From Clostridia bacterium (GTDB lineage: Bacteria > Bacillota > Clostridia > TANB77 > CAG-508): DNA of 56,555 nucleotides. The notes below the pieces were generated by a model. That model was not told the origin of the DNA. It worked only from the letters and a program-made list of their open reading frames with translations, and ran no database searches. A program made the translations under genes and the position numbers. This document shows, one piece after another, positions 1 to 12,700 of this stretch (positions are counted from its first letter, which is position 1; every line of letters begins with the position of its first letter). Location of the stretch: positions 1 through 56,555 of the forward strand of contig JBJFEZ010000016.1 in the NCBI GenBank assembly GCA_051891195.1. Direction: 5' to 3'.

Positions 1-137
1 AATTATTTAAAAATTTTTCAAGAAAAACTATTGACAATTAATAGTTAGTCTCTTTATATAATATTCATTTTGTATTTTTTTGACATTTTTTTCTATTTAT
101 CACCATTTTCTAACATTTTTCATAGGATAGTATAGGG

Positions 138-1421
138 GTGATAAAAATGTTTTTAATATCAACTATGATTTCATTTTTCTATTTTATCTGCTCAATTTTT
201 ATAAATATTAATTGGATTAATGATATAGCTTGTTACTTTGGGTACTTTTTAGCAATATATCTTGTAGTTTTTATAGCATTAATTCCAGGGTTTATTTTTG
301 TATTTATGTTTATTAGTTTATTGTGGGATAAAAAAGAAAAAAAGGTATGTATGTCAAAAGAAGAAGATGTTACAGTTTTAATACCAGTTTATAATGCCAA
401 AAAATGCATAAAAGAAACTATAGAATCTATTAAAAAGCAAAAATATTGTGGCAATATTTATATTAATATAATAGATGATGGTTCAACAGATGGTTCTCTA
501 GAGCTGTTAAAATCTATGAATTTAGATTCTAATATAACACTAATAGAATCAGCTCATATGGGAAAAGCATTTGCTTTAAATAAAGGCTTACAATATGTAA
601 AAACAGATTATACTATTACAGTAGATAGTGATACTGTTCTTCATCCATTAGCAATTAGAAATATTATGCATAAATTAGTAAATTCTGATAAGAAAACTGC
701 AGCTACAGCTGGATGTTTATTTGTAAAAAATGCTAAAAAGAGTTTTATTACCAAATTACAAGAATGGGATTATACTTTAGGAATATTTGGTGTAAAACTA
801 TATCAAGGTAACTATAACTCCACATTGGTTGCACAAGGTGCATTTAGTGCTTATAAAACAGAACTTCTAAAACAAATAGGTGGATGGCAAAATTGTGTAG
901 GAGAAGATATAGTTTTAACTTGGGAATTGCTAAGTCAAGGATATGAAACTAATTTTGCAAAAAATGCTATTGGTTTTACAGAGGTTCCTGAGTCTCTAGC
1001 TAGCTTAGGTCGTCAAAGAAAAAGATGGGCTAGAGGTATGATTGAAGCTTTTAAAAGAGTAAAAACTGTAAGTTCAAAGAAGCTTAACTTTAAGTCTAAA
1101 TTTCTAATGTGCTTAAATGTATTCTTTCCTTTTATAGACCTTGCTCTTCTTATTTTTGTACCACTTGGATTAATCTTGTTAGCTTTTGGAAATCAATTAT
1201 TAATTGGTTGGTTGTCTTTACTTGTTATTCTTCTTGGAATGTTGCTTTGCTTAGTTATTGAAATTAGAAGAAAAAATATGTTAAAGGAAATTGAATATAA
1301 ATTAGAAAGAAGAAGTATTTTAGCTTTTATCTTTTACGTTTTACTTTATGCCTTTACTTTAGCTCCTTATTGTTTAATTGGATATATTTCAGAATTAATA
1401 AATTCTAAGAAGGAATGGTAA
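138..1421 (+). CDS. Family-2 processive glycosyltransferase (PgaC/IcaA-like polysaccharide synthase)
   Basis: 427-aa ORF. TM segments at both ends flank a GT2 fold with DDGSTD, DSD and QRKRW (QxxRW) motifs. Confidence 0.8.
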   Translation: MIKMFLISTMISFFYFICSIFININWINDIACYFGYFLAIYLVVFIALIPGFIFVFMFISLLWDKKEKKVCMSKEEDVTVLIPVYNAKKCIKETIESIKKQKYCGNIYINIIDDGSTDGSLELLKSMNLDSNITLIESAHMGKAFALNKGLQYVKTDYTITVDSDTVLHPLAIRNIMHKLVNSDKKTAATAGCLFVKNAKKSFITKLQEWDYTLGIFGVKLYQGNYNSTLVAQGAFSAYKTELLKQIGGWQNCVGEDIVLTWELLSQGYETNFAKNAIGFTEVPESLASLGRQRKRWARGMIEAFKRVKTVSSKKLNFKSKFLMCLNVFFPFIDLALLIFVPLGLILLAFGNQLLIGWLSLLVILLGMLLCLVIEIRRKNMLKEIEYKLERRSILAFIFYVLLYAFTLAPYCLIGYISELINSKKEW

Positions 1422-1424
1422 CTA

Positions 1425-1475
1425 AATCAAAAACCTTAGAAGTATAAATACTCTAAGGCTTTTGATTCATTTTTA
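1425..1475. terminator. Bidirectional intrinsic terminator between convergent GT2 and ferredoxin genes
   Basis: Inverted repeat aatcaaaaaccttaga / tctaaggcttttgatt, with an A-run before it and a T-run after it. Confidence 0.6.
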
Positions 1476-1517
1476 ATTTGTTTTTTTGTTTTAAATACTA
1501 AGTATCAATGACTTTAT

Positions 1518-1688
1518 TTATTCAGCTTCTGGTGCTTCTACTGGACAAACTCCAGCACAAGTTCCGCATCCTATACAAGTTTCTTGATCAATTACATATT
1601 TACCTTCACCTTGTGAAATGCAAGATACTGGGCAACTTGCTGCACAAGCTCCACATTCAATACATCTATCTGTAATTTTATATGCCAT
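1518..1688 (-). CDS. 2x[4Fe-4S] clostridial-type ferredoxin
   Basis: Two CxxCxxCxxxCP motifs (CIECGACAASCP, CIGCGTCAGVCP). The ATG at MAYKI follows a GAGGTGG RBS. The listed ORF starts 4 codons earlier, inside the RBS. Confidence 0.9.
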   Translation of the reverse strand: MAYKITDRCIECGACAASCPVSCISQGEGKYVIDQETCIGCGTCAGVCPVEAPEAE

Positions 1689-1749
1689 ATTTTTCACCAC
1701 CTCTCACTATTTCTTATATTGATATATATATTAGTTTTTTTATTTTTTA

Positions 1750-2673
1750 TTAGTCATCTTTATTTTCTTTTTCTGCTTGTTTATCTAATTTTTCAAGTTT
1801 TTCTAATTCTTGAAGTTCTTTGTAATGTTCTTTTTCTTCTGGGTCTATTTCTTTTTTCTCAATATTTTTAATTATTTTTACTTCTGATGCAGGATATTTT
1901 TTATAAAAATAATCGTCTCCATCTTTAAATTTTACACGGATTATTTCCTTTAGCGTTTGTATTGAGTCTACTACGCCTTCTCCGTCTTCTGTTTCTACTA
2001 TAGCGCCAATTTTAGGCAGTCTTTTTAATTTGTCTTCATAAACCTCTTGTTCATATTTTAAACAACACATTAATCTTCCACAGTTTCCTGATATTTTAGA
2101 TGGATTTAATGAAAGATTTTGTTCTTTTGCCATTTTTATAGATACTGTTTCAAAGTTTTCTAAAAATGAACAACAGCAGAGTTCTCTACCACATACACCG
2201 TTTCCGCCAATTTTTTTAACTTCATCTCTTACCCCTATTTGTCTTAATTCTATTCTTGTTTTAAAAATAGCTGCTAAATCTTTTACAAGTTCTCTAAAAT
2301 CTATTCTTCCTTCTGCTGTAAAGAAAAATATTATTTTGCTATTATCAAATTTATATTCTACTTCTGTTAAGTGCATATCTAATTTGTATTTTTTTATTTT
2401 TTCTTCAGCAATTTGAAATGCTTCTTTTTCTTTTTCTCTGTTTTGTTTGTCATGTTCTATGTCTTTAGGTGTAGCTATACGAATTATTTTCTTTAGAGGA
2501 GCTGTTAAAGTTTCTTCTTTTACCTCTCTTTTGCTAATAACCACTTCACCTAATTCTTGTCCTTGGCTGGTTTCTACTATGACTTTTTCATTTTTAGAAA
2601 TATCTAAGTCTGCTGGATCAAAAAAATACACTTTGCCAGGTTTTCTAAATCTAATTCCTACTATATTTTTCAA
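1750..2673 (-). CDS. yaaT: PSP1-domain protein YaaT/RicT (stage 0 sporulation)
   Basis: 307 aa with a Cys-rich PSP1 core (GGNGVCGRELCCCSF, CGRLMCCLKYE). Lies immediately downstream of holB, as in Bacillus. Confidence 0.85.
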   Translation of the reverse strand: MKNIVGIRFRKPGKVYFFDPADLDISKNEKVIVETSQGQELGEVVISKREVKEETLTAPLKKIIRIATPKDIEHDKQNREKEKEAFQIAEEKIKKYKLDMHLTEVEYKFDNSKIIFFFTAEGRIDFRELVKDLAAIFKTRIELRQIGVRDEVKKIGGNGVCGRELCCCSFLENFETVSIKMAKEQNLSLNPSKISGNCGRLMCCLKYEQEVYEDKLKRLPKIGAIVETEDGEGVVDSIQTLKEIIRVKFKDGDDYFYKKYPASEVKIIKNIEKKEIDPEEKEHYKELQELEKLEKLDKQAEKENKDD

Positions 2674-3572
2674 TTAACTTCCTCCCATAATTTTAATAGT
2701 AAATTATCTATTGACATATCATAATTAGCATTAGCTAATATTCTTTTCTTTGTATTTTCTATTACTGAAATTCCATTTATATAGCAAATTTTATTTTGTT
2801 TTGTTATTAAGTTGTATAGTACTATTTCCATATAGTCTAACAAATCTATAATATTTTCTTTTGCTTGGTACAAAACATTTGCATTTTTCCATATTTGTGT
2901 AATGTCTGTTTTATCTAATAGTTGTACTAAGTTTTCTATTTGCAAATATTGCTCTTTGTTTTCATTTATTTTTAGTGCTTTTCCTATACTTCCTTCACAT
3001 TGTTTTAACATATTTTCTGTAATATCTGTGTTTAGCCCATTTTCTTTTAAATATTGTAATATTTGTTCTTCTTTAATTGGCTGAAAGTACAGTTTCATAC
3101 ATCTAGATTTTATTGTTGTTAATATTTTACTTTCATTAGATGTTGTTAATATAATTATTGCATATTCTGGTGGTTCTTCTAATGTTTTTAGTAAACTATT
3201 TGCAGCTTCTCTTGACATGCATTCGCATTGTGATATTAAATAAACCTTTTTTGTTGATGTAACAGGTTTTTCCGCTATTTTTTCTTGCATATATCTTACT
3301 TGTTCTATTTTTATGGTTTTACCATCTTCTGGCTCAATTTGCATAAAATCAGGATGGTTTTGTCCATTGAATTGTGTACAAGATTTACATTCTTCACAAG
3401 GTTTATTTTCAGAACTGCATAGAATCATTTTTGCAAATTCCTTTGCAAATAAATTTTTTCCTATTCCTTCTTCTCCTATAAACATATAACTATGTAGGAC
3501 ACTGCCATTTTCTATTGCAGACAAAAGTATTTGTTTTATTTTTTGATTTCCTATTAGTTTTTCAAAGGACAT
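2670..3572 (-). CDS. holB: DNA polymerase III delta-prime subunit
   Basis: 300 aa with GEEGIGK P-loop-like, Cys cluster CEECKSC, HPDF and LKTLEEPP motifs. Overlaps the yaaT start by 4 nt. Confidence 0.8.
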   Translation of the reverse strand: MSFEKLIGNQKIKQILLSAIENGSVLHSYMFIGEEGIGKNLFAKEFAKMILCSSENKPCEECKSCTQFNGQNHPDFMQIEPEDGKTIKIEQVRYMQEKIAEKPVTSTKKVYLISQCECMSREAANSLLKTLEEPPEYAIIILTTSNESKILTTIKSRCMKLYFQPIKEEQILQYLKENGLNTDITENMLKQCEGSIGKALKINENKEQYLQIENLVQLLDKTDITQIWKNANVLYQAKENIIDLLDYMEIVLYNLITKQNKICYINGISVIENTKKRILANANYDMSIDNLLLKLWEEVN

Positions 3573-3615
3573 TCTTATTTTCTCCTTGTGTTTATTAAAA
3601 TTTATAAGTCAAAAA

Positions 3616-4263
3616 TTAAACTTTTCCCCATAAATTAAGTGGCCAAAATCTAATCCAAACCTTACTTTCTATTTTTTCTAGAGGAATACATCCAAAAGAC
3701 CTACAGTCAGTTGATTGATTTCTATTATCTCCCATTGCAAATACACAACCTTCTGGTACAGTTAAATCCATAAAGTAGTTATTTCTAAGTGCTTGTGTAT
3801 ATGTTCCTTCTCTTAAATAATCTTCTTGTAGTTCTACTCCATTTATATATACTTTTCCATTTTCAATTTTTATATGCTCTCCTGGCAAAGCTATTACTCT
3901 TTTTATATAGCTTTCTTTTCCTATTTCTAGTACATAGTAAGTAAATTTGGTGAACCAATTACTAGGTTGGTTATTATATTGAGCTACCGGATTTGTAAAG
4001 TCTATTTCATCAGCAGATGAATATATCTTAACACTTGGTGCTTCAAATGTTATAATGTCTCCTCTTTGAGGCATTTCTTTTTTGGTTCTTACTATTCTAT
4101 TTAATATTAGTCTTTGGTGTTCTTCTAAAGTTGGATACATTGATACTTGACTAACTATTGTTGGCGTTCCCACAAAATATTTTATTAAAATTGCTAGCAC
4201 AAATGCTATTACAATACAAAAAATCCATTCTAATATATTACGTGCTTTATCACTTATAATCAT
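3616..4263 (-). CDS. lepB: Signal peptidase I
   Basis: N-terminal TM helix, catalytic Ser box SMYPTL, Lys box KRVIALPGE, and GDNRNQSTDCR box. Confidence 0.85.
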   Translation of the reverse strand: MIISDKARNILEWIFCIVIAFVLAILIKYFVGTPTIVSQVSMYPTLEEHQRLILNRIVRTKKEMPQRGDIITFEAPSVKIYSSADEIDFTNPVAQYNNQPSNWFTKFTYYVLEIGKESYIKRVIALPGEHIKIENGKVYINGVELQEDYLREGTYTQALRNNYFMDLTVPEGCVFAMGDNRNQSTDCRSFGCIPLEKIESKVWIRFWPLNLWGKV

Positions 4264-4296
4264 TTTTATACCCTTCTTGTTTTTACAATTTTTTTA

Positions 4297-5742
4297 TTAT
4301 GCAAGTGTCTTCTTGTATACAGGAATTCTAATTACTACTTCTGTTCCTTTTCCTGCTTCACTTTTTATATCTATGCTTCCATTATTTTGCTCTATAATTT
4401 CTTTAGCTATTGGAAGTCCTAATCCTGTTCCACCCATTTCTCTAGTTCTTGCTTTATCAACTCTATAAAATCTTTCAAATATTCTAGATAAGTCTTGTTC
4501 TGGAATTCCTATTCCGTTATCTATTACTTTAATGTATGCATCATTATATACAAACCCTACATATACTTTTATAACCCCGTTTTCAGGTGTATACTTTATT
4601 GCATTTGATATAATATTTAATATAACTCTTTCTATTCCATATTTGTCAGCATTAACTGGTGGAACATTTGCTGTTACAAAACATTCTATGTTATGGTTTT
4701 TCTTTTCTACCTCAAAGCGTAGTCTTTCAATACACTTTTTAGTTAAATCGCCTAAATCAAATGTGGTTTCTTCCTTTATTATTTTTTTATTATCATATCT
4801 AGAAAGAGTGAGTAAATCTGTTACTAGTTTTGCCATTCTTCTAGCTTCTGAACTTATTACTTCTAAAAATTTGGTTTGCATTTCTTTGTCATATTCGCTT
4901 TCTAGTAATGTATCAGCATATCCCATTATAGAAGTTATTGGTGTTTTTAATTCGTGAGATACATCTGCGACAAATTCTTTTCTCATATTGTCTAGTTTTA
5001 CATGTTCTGTAATGTCTTGAATAACTACTATTACACCTGCAGGTTTGTTATTTTCATCCTGAAATGGTGCAAAAAATAAATTAACATACTTTTCGCCAAC
5101 GCTTAATCTTTGTTCCGATGATGTCCAATTTTCTAAATATATTATTTTCTCTAAATTTATGTCTGTATTCAATTTTTTAAATATAGCATTGAAGTTATTA
5201 TCTTGTGTGTTTAAGCTTAATAATGTTTGCGCAGCTGGGTTTATATGTATTATTTTACCTTCCATATCAAATGCAATTATTCCATCTGTCATATGTAGTA
5301 AAATAGTTTCTATTTGTCTTTTTTGTTTACCCATTTCATTTAAATTTTGCTTTAGCTCTGTTGTCATAATACTAAAAGCATTTACTAATTCTGCTACTTG
5401 CGTATTATTCTTTTTTGTTTCCTCTATTGATATTTCTTCTCCTTGTGCAATTTTTTCAGCATTTGTAATTAAATTATTAATAGGTTTTGTTACTGTTTTC
5501 CATATAAAATAGCCTATTAATAATGTAATTGTACTAAAAATTACTACTGTAATTATTGTAATTAGTTTTGTTTGTAATATTTTCTCTGCTAATACATTAT
5601 CAAAGGCTTGTTTATTTAATATATCTGCTTGCGCTTTTAATGCTTCTAGTGTATTAATTTGAAAAAAGAATAATATTCCAATTATGACAATTACTAAAAC
5701 AAAGAAAAGTAAAATAATTTTCGTTTGTATTCCTTTTATCAT
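4297..5742 (-). CDS. Sensor histidine kinase (HAMP-PAS-HisKA-HATPase, PhoR/WalK-like)
   Basis: Two TM helices, H-box SHELKTPITSI, N box NAIKYTP, and G boxes DNGIGIP and GGTGLGL. Confidence 0.85.
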   Translation of the reverse strand: MIKGIQTKIILLFFVLVIVIIGILFFFQINTLEALKAQADILNKQAFDNVLAEKILQTKLITIITVVIFSTITLLIGYFIWKTVTKPINNLITNAEKIAQGEEISIEETKKNNTQVAELVNAFSIMTTELKQNLNEMGKQKRQIETILLHMTDGIIAFDMEGKIIHINPAAQTLLSLNTQDNNFNAIFKKLNTDINLEKIIYLENWTSSEQRLSVGEKYVNLFFAPFQDENNKPAGVIVVIQDITEHVKLDNMRKEFVADVSHELKTPITSIMGYADTLLESEYDKEMQTKFLEVISSEARRMAKLVTDLLTLSRYDNKKIIKEETTFDLGDLTKKCIERLRFEVEKKNHNIECFVTANVPPVNADKYGIERVILNIISNAIKYTPENGVIKVYVGFVYNDAYIKVIDNGIGIPEQDLSRIFERFYRVDKARTREMGGTGLGLPIAKEIIEQNNGSIDIKSEAGKGTEVVIRIPVYKKTLA

Positions 5743-5755
5743 TTTAATTCCCTTC

Positions 5756-6541
5756 TTATTTAGATGCTAAGTAGTATCCTACTCCTCTTTTAGTAATTAA
5801 AATTTTAGGAGATGAAGTGTCTTTTTCTATTTTTTCTCTAATTCTTCTTACTGTAACATCTACAGTTCTTATATCTCCATAATATTCATAGCCCCATACT
5901 TTTTCTAATAATGTTTCTCTAGATACAACTTGTCCTGGTTGTTTTGATAAATATCTTAATACTTCAAATTCTCTAAGAGTTAAGTCAATTATTTCGTCTT
6001 TAATTCTTACTTCAAATTTATCTAGGTCTATAGACAAGTCACCTATTACTATTAAGTTATTAGATGGCTCATCTTTTGTTTCTTCTTTAGATAATATTGC
6101 TAATTCTTCTTTTCTTAAATTTGCTTTTACTCTAGCCATTAATTCTCTAACGCTAAATGGTTTTGTAATATAATCATCTGCACCTAATTCTAAACCTAAT
6201 ATTTTATCAATTTCTTCATCTTTTGCTGATAAAATTAAAATAGGAACATTAAGTGTATGTCTTAATTTTTTACATACTGTTAAACCATCAACTTTTGGAA
6301 GCATAATATCTAATAATATTAGGTCTGGTTTTTGCTCTATAGCAATTCTAATGGCTTCTTCACCATCATTAGCTTCTAAAGTTCTATATCCCTCTTTTTG
6401 TAAATTGTATATTAAAATGTCTACAATTCTTTTTTCATCATCTACTACAAGAATTGTTTTTCTGCCATCATTTAATTCATTTTTATTAAGTCCTATGTCC
6501 ATTTCTTCTTTATTTAAAAAATTTTCTTTATTATTTTCCAC
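5756..6541 (-). CDS. OmpR-family response regulator
   Basis: Receiver domain (VVDDE, LILLDIMLP, SAKD) plus a winged-helix C-terminus (TLREFEVLRYL, RTVDVTVRRIREK). The start codon is uncertain (listed GTG). Confidence 0.85.
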   Translation of the reverse strand: MENNKENFLNKEEMDIGLNKNELNDGRKTILVVDDEKRIVDILIYNLQKEGYRTLEANDGEEAIRIAIEQKPDLILLDIMLPKVDGLTVCKKLRHTLNVPILILSAKDEEIDKILGLELGADDYITKPFSVRELMARVKANLRKEELAILSKEETKDEPSNNLIVIGDLSIDLDKFEVRIKDEIIDLTLREFEVLRYLSKQPGQVVSRETLLEKVWGYEYYGDIRTVDVTVRRIREKIEKDTSSPKILITKRGVGYYLASK

Positions 6542-6697
6542 AAAAAGCCCTGCCTTTCTTTATTAAGACTTATACCTTTGTTTTTATATCTATATTTATA
6601 TCATAATAAATAATTTTGTACAAGTTTTTTTATATAATTTTGTCATATTTTTGAAATATTTTTGAAATAGAATTGAAATGTTTTTGTAATTAAATTA

Positions 6698-6738
6698 ACT
6701 GGTAGTATATAGTTAGTTAGGGCAAATATACTACCAGT
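6698..6738 (-). terminator. Hairpin downstream of the glucan synthase gene
   Basis: Perfect 13-bp stem actggtagtatat / atatactaccagt with a 15-nt loop. The trailing U-run on the minus strand is weak. Confidence 0.45.
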
Positions 6739-6751
6739 TTTTATTTTATTA

Positions 6752-9700
6752 TTACATTAAAATTTCTATATTATAAATTCCTCCATTGCCGTTAAGTAAT
6801 ACCTGCTTTTCTTTTACTTCTTCTCCATTTAATTTAAAGCTTTCTACTGTATTACTTTTTCCATTAGGATTTTTAATTTCTATATGATATATGCTATTTC
6901 CATATTTATATTTTATGCTGTATTCTTTCCAATCACTAGGAATACTTGGCTTTATACTTAAAATATTATTTTCTATTCGTAATCCTAGCAAATATTTAAT
7001 TCCTGCTTCATACATCCAACTAGCTGACCCTGTATACCAAGTCCAACCACATCTGCCAGCTAGATTTTTTTGACCATACACATCTGCACTTATTACATAA
7101 GGTTCTCCTTTATATTTATTGGTTGCTTCTTTTGTTCTACAATGTTCTATAGGGTTTATCATTTTGTAATATTCTACAGCTTTATCTCCAAAACCTAATA
7201 GTGCAAATGCAATTATTGCCCAAATGGCACTATGTGTGTATTGTCCTCCATTTTCTCTAGTTCCCGGCAAGTAGCTACTAATATATCCTGGTTTGAGTAT
7301 TCCTTTATCAAAAGGAGGATCTAGTAGTTTAATTATTCCATTTTCTTTATCTACCAAATGGTTTTCTAAGCTTTCCATACATATATACTTTTTATCATTG
7401 TCTCCTGCTCCTGATATAACAGACCAGCTTTGAGCAATAGAGTCAATTCTGCATTCTTGATTTTGTATGCTTCCAAGAATATTTCCATCATCCATAAAAG
7501 CTCTTCTAAACCATCTGCCGTCCCAACCTATATTGTTTAATGCTTTTTTTAGTTTTTCTGTTATTTCTTCATATTGTTTTGCTACTTGATTTTCTCCTTT
7601 TTCTATACAAATTGGAATAAATTTTTTTAAAATATCATATAAGAAAAAACCAAGCCATACACTTTCTCCTTTACCCAAATTTCCAACTTTACTAAATCCA
7701 TCATTCCAGTCTCCCGAGCCAATTTTAGGTAGTCCATTTTCTCCAAATTCAAGTGAAATATTAATAGCTTTTTTACAATGCTGATATATAGTTTCTGTAA
7801 TTTCACTTTGATTATATAAATCATATTTTTCATCAACTCCCTGTTCTAACACGTCTCCTACTAGGTATGGAGTTTGTATTTCTAAAATGGATTTATCTCC
7901 AGTAAACAAAATATACTCTTCAACTAAATATACAAGCCATAATCTGTCATCACTAAACCTTGTACGTATGCCACGTTTTGTTTCTTCGTGCCACCAGTGA
8001 AGGGCATCTCCTTCTATAAATTGATGTTTACTATGCTTTATTATTTGATTTTTCATCATTTCCGGGTTAACATATTTTACTGATATTACGTCTTGAAGTT
8101 GGTCTCTAAATCCAAACGCTCCACCTGATTGATGGTATCCTGTTTTTCCCCATATTCTAGAAGAAATTACTTGATATAATATCCATCCATTTAACAATAT
8201 ATTAATAGATTCTATTGGTGTACTTACCTGTAAGCTTTCTGTGGTTTCTTGCCAATATTTTTTTACTTTATTATATTCTTCTATTGCTTTAGAATAGTTT
8301 GTATATTTATATGCTAAGTCTTGGCAGTCTAGCAAGTTTTCTGTTTCTCCTAGCATAAATATTATATTTTTGCTTTCTAATGCTTCTAACTCTACTTCAC
8401 ATTGAATTGCTATAATTCCCTCTTGCCACAAGCTATTTTGGTTGTTTAGTTCTACTTGGTGTATTGCATCAGGGTTGCCTAAATTTCCTTTACCTAAAAA
8501 TGCTTCTTTGCTACCAGTATATGAGGTTATTTTTTCGCTACTAGATATAAAACAATATTTAGGGAAGTTATTTTCTGCTACTGTGTTTTTTACATATACT
8601 AAGTTAGAGTTGCTTATAAAATGCAAGTCATAATAACCACTAGATTTTACTTCATCTTCTCCTAATACTGGTTTTATATAATATATCAACTTTATTTTTC
8701 TTTTCTTTACATCATTGTTTTTTAAATTCAAAATTTGTATTTTAAGTGGTTGTTCTTTTGGTACAAATACATCTAATTGTTGTTGTATTCCACAACTATT
8801 ATGGTTATATTTTGCATATCCTAAGCCATAGGTAATATAATAGTCGTTTTCATCAGGAGATGGGCTTAGTCCTAAAGACCATATTTTTTTCGTTTCTTTG
8901 TCTTGCAAGTATATTATTTCTGAAGGAACATCTGTAACAGGAGAGTTGTTCCAAGATGTTAATCTATTTAATCTGCTGTTTTTGCACCAAGTATATCCTC
9001 CCATACTTTCTGTTAGTAGAGTTCCAAATTTTTCATTTGCAATAATATGGCTCCATACTGTTGGCAATTTTTCATCTTTATTTACACGTATATAGTATTC
9101 TTTTCCATCTTGCGAAAATCCACCATATTCATTAAAATATTTTAAATTTGTTAATTTTTCTCTAATAGGTGGAGTTTCTTCAATAAGCTTTGGCTGGCTT
9201 TCTAATGGCATTTCTTTTACTTGGTCAATATACTCCTCTTCAAGTTCTTTTAAATATCTATATATATTTCCATATGCTGCATCAATGCTTAAATTAGAGC
9301 GATATTCAAAAAAGTTAATTTCTTCATTGCTTAAGTTTTCTAAAACAAAAATACCACCTTTTATATTTTGAAGATATGATAAATTTTCATTCAAAATACT
9401 ATTAAAAATTGCTTCTTTTACAGCACCTTCATAACTGTATTTTTCTTGGTTTATAATTACTAAATCTATTTCTATATTTTTTACACGTAAATAGTTGTAT
9501 GCTTTTAAAATTTCTTTTACTATTTCAATTTCTTCTATATTTTGTATTTTTAGTAATAAAATTGGTAAATCTCCTGATATTCCATACTGCCATAATTTGC
9601 TTACTGGAGCATCTATTACTTGTATTGCTTGTAATTTTTTTAATGGATTTTGAGCAACTAAATATCCCAGTATTTGCTGATATAATTCAAACTGTTTGCC

Positions 9701-12700
9701 AGTTACACCTAAATACCTATTTTCCGCTTCTACCTTAGCTCTTGATAATTCAAAATGATGTTTTATTGTGGCTTGATTTGTAAATTTTTCTAGTTCTTCT
9801 TTAACCTGCTCTTTATTTTTTCCAACTGCTATAATAAGGTTTAACGTAACCTTTTCTTGCGGATTTATTTTAACAGTTCTTTTTAATGCTATAATTGGGT
9901 CTATAGTAAGTTGTATTTGGTTACTAAATGGTATAGAATTTTTAACCATTTTAGGCAGTCCTAGTTCATTTCTCTTATAAAACTTTTCTTTATCTATTTC
10001 ATATTCTAATTCTCCTATTACTTCATTTTCTGTATATAAATTTACTCCTAAAAATATTTGTTTTTCCCTTTCATTTTTTACTCGTCTATAAACTAAAATT
10101 GATTTTGTTTCCTCTAAATATTCATAATTTAAAAATAGGTTATTAAAACTAGGATGGCTGTTATCTTGCTCCATAGTTGACAAAACTGGCTCTATAAAGC
10201 TAGTTATCTCTATTGTTTCACTTTCTAAACCGTAATTAGTTAATTCAATAGTTCTTAGTTCTACAGGGCTGTCTGCAGCTATAGTAGTTTTAGTTATAGT
10301 TTCTATATTTCCATCTTGTCTTACTATTTTATTTTGGTCTGGTGTAAAGTACATAGTATATTTATCTCCACTTGATAAATAGCTTAGGCTACCTGACGAC
10401 CAAATTCTTTTACTTTTTACATTTTTAAAGAAAAATAAAATGCCTTGATCTGTTTCTTGCGTTTTGTTGTATCTATTTATTATTATATCTCCATATTTGC
10501 TATATCCTTGTCCTCTACTGTTTGTTATAATTGTATAATTGTTACTAGATAAACAATTAAGTTGAGGAAGTTTTGTACTTATCTTGGTAATTTCTTTTTG
10601 TGAATAACTATCCTCTCCAACATATTTTATTTTTTCAATTTTTTCTTTTTTCTCTTTAGTTATTATTACATTTTCAGGCATTCTTTCTTGTAGTAAAATA
10701 TCTACCGCTTGTATTTGTGGATTTTGCATAAATCGTTTTTGCAAAATATTATCTTTAAATAAGTTATTAATTGATAAGAGTATTAAACCTTGATGATGTG
10801 CCATATATGTTTTTACAACTGCATATTCTTGTGATTTTTTTAGTCTTGTTGGTGTATAGTCAATAGATTCATAAAATCCATATTTTTGATACATACCACA
10901 TTTTTCTAGCTCTTTTAAATTTTTTATAACCTCTTTTGGTTCATCTGCAAGCATTAGTACACTACCATAAGATGATACAACCATTTCATCTGAAAGCCCT
11001 CTTTTTAGTCCAAGCCAAGGTATTCCAAATGCCTTGTATTGATAGTTGTTATGCAAATCTTTTAAATTAAAGGCAGATTCAGAAATTCCCCAAGGTATAT
11101 TTAATTTTTTTGCATATTCTGTTTGACTCATAAACATAAATTTACAAGATTCATCTAATAAGCTGCCTGGATATTTAGGAATATTTATATTTGGCATAAA
11201 ATATTCAAAAGCAGTTCCAGACCATGAAATAAGTCCTTTATATTTATTTAGAATAGTTAATGTTCTACTTAAGCTATTCCAATGCTTAGCTGGTACATCT
11301 TTTTTTGCAATAGCAATTAAGCTTGCTTGTCTTGCTTCTGATGCTAAAAGGTCATAATACGAATCTGTTAGGCTATTTTCTTCTATATTAAATCCTATTG
11401 AAAATAGTCTACTATTTTCATCATATAATTTTGAAAAGTCTGTATTATTAATTAATTGTTCAACTATCATTAATAAATTTTCTATTATATTTAATAATTC
11501 TTTTTCTTCTTTTAGTTTATTTTTTTGCTCATTTAAAAACTGTTTTACTGTAAAAAGATATCCTACTAAATTTCCGCTATCTACTGTTGATATATATCTT
11601 GGCATTAGTGGTTGCAAATTTTCTAAATTGTACCAGTTATATAAATGTCCATTCCATTTTGGTAAATTATTAATAGTGTTTAACATTTTTTCTAGAAGTT
11701 TTATTGTTTCTTCTAAATTTTCATATTCTAAGTCATAACTAGAAATTACAGCAAGTAATCCTAATCCTATATTTGTAGGTGAAGTTCTATTCATTATTTT
11801 AGGTTTTCTGTCTTCTTGATAATTGTCTGGTGGCAAAAAATTACTTTTTTCACTAATGCATTCTTTAAAATATTGCCAAGTTTTTTTACCTAAATTTAAT
11901 AAATAATCTTTTTCTTGCTGTGTTAATCTCTCTACACTTTTTGTAATTTTTATTTCTTTGCTTATATACCAAAATACAGCTGGAGCAACAATCCATAAAA
12001 TAGATAATAAAAAAATAAATATATTGTAAATACTAGTAGGTGTTATACATAATAGCACAAGTCCTAAAATACCTGCTACTACATTTGGAAGCATATTTTT
12101 ATAATAAGATAACAAATCTTTTTTTGCATTTTTTTCGGCTTCTTCTGCAGTCATCCATTCTAAAAAATGCTTTTGACTAACAAAAATTCTATATAGTGTT
12201 TTTATACAAGCATTTAAGCTAAAATATGCCTTATCTGGCAAGCTTGCTAAAGTTAAAAATGCCCTTGTTAGACTTGCTTTTACTCCTGCAATAGTTTTTG
12301 TATATGTTTTTTGTGCACTTTCTTGATCTTTTTTTAATAAAATACGGTTTAGTATTTCTAGTATAGATGGTATAATAGCAGAAACTATTAATAAAGTAAT
12401 AATTGGTGCAATTTTAATTTTATAAATTAGGTCAAAAATGCTTATATAAATTATTGATAGCATAATGGTAGCTTCTTGTAAGCTTCTTATTAAATTATCA
12501 AATATTTTATATTTTGAAAGTAAAGTTAGTGGGTTTTGCTTTTTTTCTCCTTTTTTATTTATAATAGTATTTTTTAGCCACCCTATTAGTTGCCAGTCTC
12601 CCCTAATCCATCTGTGTAACCTTGCTTTAAAGCTGTTATATGCCATTGGGTACCCATCTAAAAGTAAAACATCAGAAATAAGACCACATCTTAAATAGCA

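Noticed and set aside
7627-7836. Minus-strand 69-aa ORF inside the glucan synthase gene, and 43287-43484 inside prs
   Set aside because: Both are alternative-frame ORFs fully nested in strongly supported genes, with no independent signals.
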